Shown here: piece after piece, positions 53,101 through 64,000 of the stretch | Position numbering within the stretch: the first letter of the stretch is position 1 | Layout: each line of letters begins with the position of its first letter | From: Lepidodermella squamata | Lineage: Eukaryota; Animalia; Gastrotricha | Direction: 5' to 3' | Assembly (NCBI GenBank): GCA_047495785.1 | Contig: JBLDXI010000029.1 | Location: forward strand, 2,232,001 to 2,296,000 | Length of the DNA: 64,000 bases | Notes under the pieces: model-generated | Told to the model about the DNA's origin: nothing | The model's input: the letters and a program-made list of their open reading frames with translations, nothing else | Database searches by the model: none | Program-made: the position numbers and the translations under genes

Positions 53101-56100
53101 TCAGTTTGCCATTTCGACTTCAAATTAAGGAGGACGGGTTTCGCCTTGCGAAAATGTGCCATGGATTGATGGCCGATTGCGCCGGAACTTGCGGAGACAA
53201 TCGAACCACCCTGGTTGCCACTCATCGGGTTCGAAGAGGGCCTAGGTGCCTGCATAGCAGTTGGCCATAACCCGTGGAGTCGCTCCAAAATATTCTCGCC
53301 GTCGACTAAATCATTGAAACCGCCATCAGACATTCGCACGTATCTAGTAACGGCTAAATCATAGAGATGGCGGTCACTAGCCGCGAGAGGCTTAGCGGCC
53401 TTGAGCCGTTCGCTGACCATAGGCTCGAATGGGGCGAATTTCTTACCAGATTGGCAAACCAGCCTGACTAGCAGATTGATCAAATCCGGGTAGATTTCAT
53501 TAATCGCGGCCGAATCTGTCGAATTTAGGCACTTCAAAATAGCCCGAACAATAACTGCGAGATAATCAGTTAAATTAAGGTGGACGATTAATGATGACAG
53601 TGTTTCGCAGGCGATTTTTCTCTGCACTGTTTGCGAGTGTTCATTGCCTAGAATTGCGACAGCACCCGGGACTACCAGCGACTCGTAACCATGGAGACAA
53701 CGAGCGAGTTCTCTCAGGCAAACCAGCGGTGATAATTCTTCCATTTGAAACAAATGGGCACTAACGTGCTCTGCGACTAGAACGACATAGGGCGCGAAAT
53801 CAGGGCCGAGACTTGACGCCAGAGTTGCGACTAGGTCGAAAAGCGCTGGTTGTAACCTCGGGGTATACCAGTACGGCTTAACGGCTTGGAGCAGGGTGGT
53901 CAAATAAGGCCGGGCATACAGTCTAGCCTGGGCTAACATTTGCCCAATTCGCTGAATCAGCAGTTGTTTGAACTCGACATCCGAGTTATTAAGGCGGGCG
54001 ATCAAGCTTGGAATGACTTGTTCAAGGTAAGGAGCACCACTCGGGCCTAGGTACTCAAAAACCCGGCCTAACGTCTCAACCGCGCTTTTTTCATGTTTCG
54101 CCATGGATGGGTCATTCAGCGTCTGTAGCAACGCGGCCATAGCAACAGCCGGGTAGTAATCCTCCATTTGTTGGCTTGAAAACTGAATCAATAAATCAGC
54201 GGTTAGTAGGTCGCATTCGATGAAACTCGGCGTATCCGGCTGTTTTGAGGTGGATAGAGCCAAGGTATAGCCGGGTTCGAACGACGCGTCTACGTGCTGA
54301 ATTTCCTGCTGCAAGGCTGGGTCTAAAGCGCCGAGTAAGCCGAGTAGACGAACGGCGGTTAGCCTCATCTCTTTATTCGTCTCGGTCCTGATTAGATTCA
54401 ACAGAGCCTCGAGGAGGGTCGGGTGGCTACGGTGGATATTCGCGCTTTGAGGGACGTAAGTCATGAATTTACAAAACGCCCCCAACGCCGCTCGTCTCCT
54501 CGCACCGGCTGCCGTGGCTGGCAACAACAATTGGGTGACAAAAATGTCGATGAGCGCATCTGAATGAAGCGAGACCGCGTTTGGAGCTACCCTGGCTAGC
54601 GTCCCAATTGATTGAAGGGAAGTCACGATCAAACTAGCCGATTGTTGATCGTCTTGTAGCAAACGTAACAAAGTCGCTATTGCAGGTTGGGCGTAGGCCG
54701 TTGCGATATGGCTGCAGCATGATAACAACCAGGAAACAGCCTCAACAGCCGATTCCTTCTGCCTAGCCGAGCCTAAATGCTCTAGTTCAAGCAAATTGTG
54801 AAGCAATACTGAGCGTAATTTCGGTAGAATAGCACCGCAGTTCATGTTGCAAAGTCGGCCTAGTAAGGCAACAGCTTCATGTCTGACCAGAGGATCGTCG
54901 TCATTTAACGTCAGGAACAACATGTCCAGCAGTTCCTGTTGGGCGAGGAATGGGTCCATGCGTTCGGTTGAGCAAAGGGCTCGAAGGACGGTCAGGCGAA
55001 CAGTCGGGTCTGAGTCGACTAGACCGAGCCGAACCAAGTCTCGCAGTCGGGAAGTCACGAATCGTAAAGTTTCCTGGCCATATCGGTGGTATTGACGCAA
55101 ATAAGCCTCCAAGAGCTAAAATAAAAAGAGAAATTTCGAATTATTAAGGTGGATTCTTTTTCAATTATTTAAAAGTTGAAAGGCTGTGTTCGCCTATTCG
55201 TCCATTTCGCTTCGGATACTAATGGTACTCCGGTACTCCGGTACTCAATGGTTTCTTTTTCAGCTTATATGATTATTTAGAGTTTGATCTCAAAGGTTTA
55301 TTCTATACTACACGAAATACTTTTACGGTGGAAGGGGCTAGCGATAAAGCTTAAAGAGTTTTGAAAATGCGCCTTTTACGTCTCGTTTGAACGTGTGATG
55401 TCCATAGCCGAATTGTGAAACCTCAAAACTGAGTAAATTCAGCTTGGTAAATATTGCTTAGCTCAGCGACGGTTTCTCTGGGTGCTTACAGCTCGACGTT
55501 CCTGCTACTTATGAGGCTTTTTTGTCTGTCAATTTTTTAAAAATTAGTAATTATTGGCAATTAAATTCTATCTAATTGGCAGGTTGTGACGTCATCAAGT
55601 TCAAACGACAAAATCAACAAAGCTGGTGCGCCAGCTTAAAAATTGCCAATTACTTGCCACTTCAAGACTCAGTATTCAACTAAACAAATTGTGGGAATAA
55701 AGCATTAACTTCCAAGTTCTCAGCCAATTTTTTCCAATTGGATTGAATTGAATTGAGGATTTCACCACAACTTCAGGTCGATGCCCTAATAAAACCAATC
55801 GTTCAATTTTAGTTACCTTTCGGTTACCGAAAGAGTCAAACTAAGGGGATGCTAAGTCGAATATTATCAAAAATTTCTCATGTAGGAGGTAGAAAAAGTC
55901 TCTGATTAACATCATTACGGTATCATTTCCCATTTTTTTTCAAAAACTCGATCACGTTTTTACCTCAATATCAAGCTGCATCAGACGCATAACAACAGGA
56001 ACAGCATCGATACGAACTTCCTCCTTTTCGTGCTCCAAGCAAACGGCGACAACTCGACCCAACAAATCACGACTTGTCTCTTTATCAAATCGGAAGAGTT

Positions 56101-57843
56101 GAATCGCCTGAAGAGCTAGTTTCACCATCGAATATTCCGAACTAGCCGCACTTCCAGCTGTTGAAAATACCGACGCGAGAGACGGAGCGGATGAAACGCG
56201 ACGATCGCCTGCTTTAAGAGGTGAGCTTGCGACTTGAAGGGTCGCATTTACCAAAGTAACGATTCCGTCTTTGATTTTCCGTTCCAAATCCGGGCAGAAA
56301 CCGGCAATGGCACGGAAACAGATTGGCAGGCCTGGGGTCAAGCCGAGCGAGATGGCTTGGTCGATTAATCGAATCAGCTCATCGATAGCAGGTGTTCCGC
56401 AAACCTGAGCCAAGGCGCTCATACAGAGAAAAGCTCGCTCTGATGTTTGCGACTTTTGAATGGCTTGACTTATACAATCACTAATCAAGGCTCGGTGACG
56501 CACTAAAAAATCCAATCACGTGATTAAAATGTTAACTAATTACCAAAAACTTACAAATTTCTTGACCAACGGCAATAATAAGCATCGCCATCGCAGTTAA
56601 GGCGGCTGGTTTGACGGAAGGTTCGCCTTTCTTAGCCAAATTAGTCATGTGAACGACAGTACGTTCCAACTGGGGTTTGAAAGCCATCAGCGAAAAAGCG
56701 GCGAGGCGAGGCGAAATCTGTAGAATCGTCTTTTGAATGTTCGCAGGTTTCAAAACCATAGAGTTAGTGACGAATGTCTGAATAGTATTGAAGTTATCAG
56801 CAATTAGTTTTCGACAGGCTCGCGACTCAGGAAAAGCAGTAAGCTCTTTAGCAGTAATCCGGCCATCGTTTAAGCTTTCCGAGCCGACTACTTCTATGCT
56901 GTTCCCTGGAACTACATTTGATTCGCTGACTTGTGGAGCTGTAGGTGAAATTGAAAAATTGGCAGCAAAATGCTCGAGCTGACGCCACTGTAGATCAAAG
57001 TGGGAGTTGGCAAGTCGGAGCAGTTGTAGTAAAATAAGCAATTGCCCATGCGTTCGATCATCACGGGGTGATTCAGAGCTTTTGCCTGATCTGGCAAGTT
57101 CGTCGACGCAAGCTCGCCAGTAACTGTTAACTGACGATGGGTCGCGAGCTTCACGTTCAACGAGAACGCAAAGACCAGCGAACAGAGCTAATCCAGCGGC
57201 TTCGCGAACTTCAGGCTCCTTGTGGCGCAGGGGTATGAAGATTCCTTCGAAAAATACAGCTGCGTGTAAAAAGAAGTGATTTGGTGCACTTTGAGCCAGC
57301 TCTCGTAAAACATAAAGGGCGGCGAGCTGGTTGTAATTGGAATCTCGCATCCATTCAAGAGAACGAGTAATCTGGTCATTCACGAGATCGGTCGTAAACG
57401 CCAAGGCATGAACGCAGATGCGACATAGTGCGCATGCGACTGGTTCCAACACCGTAACTTGGCGCTGCTTCATCAAGTTACGCAGAAAATTCGCAAATCT
57501 ATTAAGCCGAGCTATTTTGTTCTTCGAGTCCAAAGCGACGATGCATTCTAAAACGTATAGCATAGTAAACTCGAGCCTCAATTTTCACATTTAAGCACAA
57601 ACCAATGGCAAGAATAACTCCTTTGATAGGACCTGCTTCCTGAGTTTCAAGAACCTTGCGAATCGGCTCGTTGAAGCCATCCAGAAAGGCATCAGCCTGC
57701 TCCGGCGCTAGTTCAAGGAAATCGAGTCCCAAATATTGCTTCAGCTCGAGATGAGCACGGCGACGTTTAATATCGTCGTTGGATTTGTCAGCAAGTTTAG
57801 CAACATATGAAGCTGCTAATTCGCTCATTTTAGGATCACTCAT
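47130..57843 (-). CDS. mTOR: Serine/threonine kinase TOR, about 2522 aa, 7 exons
   Basis: Exons 57603-57843, 56555-57547, 55964-56502, 51380-55115, 49082-49992, 47510-48335 and 47130-47452 total 7569 nt in frame. Domains: HEAT repeats, FAT (KAWHEWA), FRB (WHEGLEEAS), kinase (LLKGHEDIRLDER, GDRHPSN, IDFGD) and FATC (CQCYVGWCPFW*). Confidence 0.97.
48433..48792. repeat. Dispersed Tc1-like MITE, copy 2 (TOR intron)
   Basis: CAACGTGTCCCA...TGGGACACGCTG-TA ends; homologous to 37013-37376. Confidence 0.65.
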
Positions 57844-58098
57844 GATGATGGTTGGCGCTTAATTGCAGAGTACTTAAGCATGCTAACAACCAAAAACTTG
57901 GTTGCTTATTCTAAAACTGAAATAAAAATCACAATCAATTGGTTGATTGGTTGGTTGAAGCTGTTTCAATGCAAAACAGATGGTAGTTACAATTGGTCTG
58001 CCGAGTTAACTAGTTGAGAAATAGCTGATATTAGAAGCAGCAATTGTGTGCAAAGTAAAGTTTCACTAAGGAAGGAGAGAGCAGGTTTTCGTTTCCTC

Positions 58099-58138
58099 TT
58101 ATTGCCCAAGAAAACCGATTATTGCCCAAGAAAACCGA
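58099..58138. repeat. Perfect 20-bp tandem duplication
   Basis: TTATTGCCCAAGAAAACCGA x2. Confidence 0.9.
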
Positions 58139-59193
58139 GATGAAGTCATAGAACTGTATGAGTTCGGAGCATAATCTGACGCCTGACGCTCAAGACTGCA
58201 ACAACTTCTCGTTTATAAAGATATGCGACTTTTTATCAGAGCGGTTCTTTTGATAATTTTTACAACCGAGTAGCGTAGCAGCAGCTGGAGACAGAGGGGT
58301 TAAGGGTTAACTGTCTACTTTCCAGTTGCCCCAAATATCACACTTTTCATTCAACTGTGCTTAACCTCAATAACTCATGTTTTTCCTCTCTCTAACGCAA
58401 TTCGCTCCGATGGACGCTTGGGTGAGAGGTCGGGTTGCGCCGCTAGTCTAGTCATTAAGCTGAAAAGCAAAAGTTGGATAGCGGATAGCGTACTGCAAGA
58501 GGCAAGAGACTAGTAGAATTTCAAGCAACGCAGAACAGGCAACTTGAATTGAACACAACGAGAGTAAATGTGAGCATGTATCCAATTAGGTGCCATCTGC
58601 CATCTGGGATAGCCAGCAGCCAAGAGCCAAGAGCCGAGGTAACATCGACAGCCAAGTTCGGAACTCGTCGTGCACGTGACAGCGCGCCTGATGGGCTTAG
58701 AAGTTTTCGAAAATTTTATTTCAACGATGTTATTTTATGAAACATACCTGTGACAATAAATTATAATTATGAGGCATAAATTGAAACCGTTGTAAATGTT
58801 CTCAAATTTTTCTTCCAAAATCAGCGCACGTGACTGGTTGGCTGTTCTGGGGGATCGGTCATCATCGGTCGGCGGTTTTGTCGCGGAAGGCTTCGCGAAA
58901 GAGAGAAGTCGAGAAGCAGCAGAATACAGAATACTCGCCAGTAGATCCAAAACCAAAATTATTTACGTCTACTTGTTGAAGACCTGTTCTACCTGTTCAC
59001 CGCGAACGCTTTTCGCCCATAGCGCAGCGCGAAGTCCGCCGCCTCTGGATTCCTCCTGCGGCATTCTCTAGCCCTGCGGCCTTTTAGTAGTACCTACGCA
59101 ATACGCATGAGTCCAGCAATATTTCATTGAGATTTGTTCAATTGAATCGATGTTGAAAAGTGTTTTTAATCCCATAGCTATTTAATCAATTGA

Positions 59194-60349
<1,156 letters not shown>

Positions 60350-61485
60350 GAGTTTGGTTGAAATATCGCGCATAATTCGAACATTCCATAGTTGAAGATG
60401 TTGTGAGGCAACTCTAATTTTTCTTTTAGCGGTGAAAATAATTTATTCGAGTCGTTTTATCGGAGAAGCATTGCCAATGTTCTGTGGAGTTGGGTCTATC
60501 TTTTTACTGTGCCTTGGAACTAACAATTTCGGCAGTTCTTTCTGGTGAAAATGAGCTATATTTATTTCTTCGAATTTCCGTGCAATCGACACTGCTATAA
60601 CATGTGATGGGTTAAAAATAAAATTTCGAAGTAAAAAACGGTTGTTGTTTCACTGAAGAGGAAAATATTGATACAACTTAGTCCGAACCGGAGTTTCAAA
60701 ATTAAATCTGTTAGAATGAGAAACGTCAGGTAGTCAAGAAAAGCCATCAAGCGCGGTGGTTGGAATTCATTAAAATTGCTGTAAATTTTATCGCTTTTAG
60801 GCAGTTTGGAAATGAAAATACAAGAGAAATCAAGGTAAAATACATTTCCTAGCTGAAATTTCGGGAAGACCAGAATTTTTGTATTAGCCAGGTTTGAACA
60901 TTAGGAACATGGGGTTTTTGCATAAAATTCAGGCGTCTGAAGCATCCACAGGCATATACCTAAAGGTGAGGTATAAAATCGGGTAATTTTGGAATGTGTA
61001 AAAATGTTTAACTATATTTTTCTGGATTTTTCTAAAAAATCAAAATTCGATCCAAAATTTTATGGTGAATTATTGAAGCTCTCGAGGCCGTTTTATTGAA
61101 CATAGGTAAGCATCCAGGCAAAGCTAGGCGAAAACTTGGGGAAAAAACGCAGATAAAATAGATTTAGCAAAATCTCAAAATTTGCACCAAAATCAGGATT
61201 CCATTGTTTCAGATTTCATATGAGTGACAGCTGATTTTTACTTTGTCCGAAGTAACCGAAGTTACAATCAAGTTTTACTGGACAATTTTTCGACATGTGT
61301 GTTGATTCAAGATGGCAATTTTTCCATGTTTTTACAAACGGACGCGCCAGTCTCAAAGAACACAGATGGCGAATGACCTTTGACCGACCCTTTCACGGCT
61401 CAGGTTAGGAGAATAAATCTTATTAGTTTCAGTCCATTGTTGTTGTTTTGATTAATTGTTGTGGTTTTGAAGTTTTAACCGTGGC

Positions 61486-63169
61486 ATGACGGTGTGCTAC
61501 AACGCTGACGTAGCGACTGCCCGACCGTTCGGTTTTGTTCGACTGCTATTTCGCTGGCGCGGCTCGTTTTACAAACTTATTTTTCATCAATTCATTATTT
61601 ACGTCGTCCTATACACGACACTGAATCTTGTCTACGGGTTCGTGCTAAATGAGAGCCAGCGGGAGACTTTCGACCAGGTCGGGTTGAAACTGGGCCAAGG
61701 GTCGGCTATCGTCGTCGGCTCGATCGCGTTTTGCTTGAATTTTTTCATGCAACAAATCTACAAGCGGTACTGGGAGAATTTCCAGCAAGTTCCATGGCCA
61801 GATTCGCTGGCTTTTTACATCAATAGCTACGTGTCTGGGTCAGACAAACGAGGTCGGCTGCTTCGTCGGACAATGGTAAATGACGAATATTTCCGAAGCT
61901 GAGAATTGAAATAATAATTTTCTAGATTCGATACTCAGTAGCATCGATCGTCCTAGCTCTCATGTCGGTCAGCCAGCGAATTCGGAAGCTTTTCCCGAGT
62001 CTGCAATACCTGGTTGTAGCCGGGTTTCTGACCGAGAGTGAGACCAAGATCTTGGAAAATGCGACTGTGGCGAGGTACATGGTTCCGCTGGCTTGGTGCG
62101 CGGCTCTGGTGAAGCGTGCCCGAATCAAGGAGAACCGAATTGATGAAGACATCGGCTACAACGCGATCGTAGAACAGATCGACAAAATTCGATCAAAATG
62201 TGGAATGTGTGTGATTGAGATTTTTTTCTCGAATTTTAGCAATTTTTTATAGGCTCATCTACTACAATGCTAATCCTGTTCCACTAGCCTATATCCACGT
62301 CGTTGTTTTGGCTGTGTATTCGTTTTTTACCACGGTTTGTCCATCTTAAAGAATCGAAATTTCAAGCATTTTTTTATTGAATTAGGCGGCAATGGCTGGT
62401 AGCCACCGGTCTCAAACCGATGAAATTCACGATTCACTACTTCAAGGCGCATCTCTCGTTGAAATTCTATTGGTCAGGCTGTTGTCTGAGCTAATCACTC
62501 TGTTGCAGTTCGCAATCTGCGCCGGGATGTTGGCCGCAACTGAATCGCTAATTTGCCCGTTCGGCAACAACGACGGCGATTTTGAAACCGACGAAATCGT
62601 GAAGCGACACCTGAGCATCGCCTACCTCATCGTCGATGATATGCATTCGCTGATTCCGCAACTGTCTTCGTTGGACGACCCAAGCAGTGTTTCGAAGAGT
62701 ACTGAAACTTTGGATGATAATCGCAGCCGAACTTTCATCACGATGAAGTCGGTTTCTGTTGCTAGCCGCGATCCTAGTCGTCAAGCTTCAGTCATGGTGA
62801 GAACTCGTTTTTTTTATTTAATTTTTAAATTTTTTGATCTTTATTCAGCAAAATCATTCTCTCGATGACGAAGATGGCCTGGAATTGCTGTACCGTCTAT
62901 CTGGAATTGAGAACCTGGGTCGCAATGGCCGAATTCGGCAGCGTTTCCTGAGGTGGTTGCGGCGGATTCCTCTCCTTCGATCCATTTTCTCATTCCGCGC
63001 CCCTCGGGACAGCTACAACCCGACTCCGGAACCGACATTTGTGCCGCTGAACCAACAGACCCAGCGACCATCAGTGCATTCGACCTCGTACCCTAACTCA
63101 AACACACCTCCCTCGTCGAACACTCCACCAACTTTGTTGCGATTGCTTAGTTTCCGTCGCATTAATTAA
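61486..63169 (+). CDS. Bestrophin-family anion channel, paralogue 1 (about 6 exons)
   Basis: MTVCY..LLFRWRGSFYKL, VPWPD, RRTMIRY, LVVAGFLT, VPLAY..VVVLAVYSFF and PFGNNDGDFETD, with short GT-AG introns. Confidence 0.92.
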
Positions 63170-63448
63170 ACGCGACCTTAATTTTTTGTTTTGATTATAA
63201 ACAAATCGTGATTATTTCTGATGGACTGATTTTAAGCTAAACTCGACCGAATAAATTTGTTGCATTTTTTGAACCAGTTTCTCCCCGCTACCTAATAATT
63301 ACTTTCGAGTATAACATGGAAAACTGACGAAGTAGTAATTAGCTCCAACACGCGCACGTGAGACTACATCAGGGTGAACAAGAGCGGCAATATAACTGTC
63401 ATGTTAACATCTGAGATTTATATCTGCTACATGAAATAGTTCCAAAAC

Positions 63449-64000
63449 ATGACTATTGAGTACACTAATGCTACCCATACAGCCAGGGCTTATGGATTTC
63501 TGCGATTGCTATTCCTCTGGCGAGGGTCTGTTTACAAATTGATTGCATTTGAGCTGTTTCTATACGTCACGATCAACTTCGCAATACTTACAATATACAC
63601 ATTTGTGTTGAATGATGCGCAGAGGGAGATTTACAGTTTATTCAGCCTTAAAATCGCGAAACTACAGAGTTACCTCCTGACACCGGCTATTTTCTGCCTC
63701 GGCCTTTTCATGCAAATCTGTTACCGGCGCTTTTGGACCAATTTCCAGCAGATACCCTGGCCGAATGGCTTTGCGTTCTACGTTGCAAGCTATGTGGAAG
63801 GTCGCGACGAGAGGAGCAGGAGACTGAAGCGGACCCTTGTCAGATACGCAGTTGCATCCATCGTTTTGACCTTGACATGCGTATCGCGACGGATCTATGT
63901 TATCTTTCCCGAATTAGAGTTCATGGTAGCTGCAGGGTTCCTAACTGACGATGAAGCGGAGCTGCTGAAAGATGTGAAAACTTCGCACAGGTTAGTAACA
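63449..64000 (+). CDS. Bestrophin-family paralogue 2 (5' part; runs off the window and is absent from the ORF track)
   Basis: ATG 63449 opens MTIEY..LRLLFLWRGSVYKL..IPWPN..KRTLVRY..MVAAGFLT, open to a donor site at about 63990. Confidence 0.92.
   Translation, partial: MTIEYTNATHTARAYGFLRLLFLWRGSVYKLIAFELFLYVTINFAILTIYTFVLNDAQREIYSLFSLKIAKLQSYLLTPAIFCLGLFMQICYRRFWTNFQQIPWPNGFAFYVASYVEGRDERSRRLKRTLVRYAVASIVLTLTCVSRRIYVIFPELEFMVAAGFLTDDEAELLKDVKTSHRLVT

Overview
This is eukaryotic (animal, most likely invertebrate) genomic DNA, not prokaryotic. Genes have canonical GT-AG introns (many 36-60 nt, some expanded by transposon debris), CpG is abundant, and no rRNA, tRNA or CRISPR array was seen. In order: (1) 1-23.7 kb, three minus-strand paralogues of an LDLa-less YWTD-propeller/EGF single-pass receptor (copy A runs off the left edge; A and B are recent duplicates, C is older), with a four-exon plus-strand gene for a probable GPI-anchored MRH-domain protein between C and B. 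(2) 24-30.5 kb, transposon remnants (hAT, Tc1/pogo-type MITEs, an internally deleted Ginger-like element). (3) An NK6/Nkx6 homeobox gene. (4) A tightly spaced, operon-like minus-strand trio ELMOD - ABHD4/5 - divergent NUF2-like. (5) A 7-exon TOR kinase gene head-to-head with UDP-glucose 4-epimerase. (6) Two tandem bestrophins with altered gate residues; the first also has an altered Ca2+ clasp. Gene models were spliced by hand from GT-AG sites and reading frame, and family assignments come from recalled motifs, not database searches. The species cannot be identified from this window.
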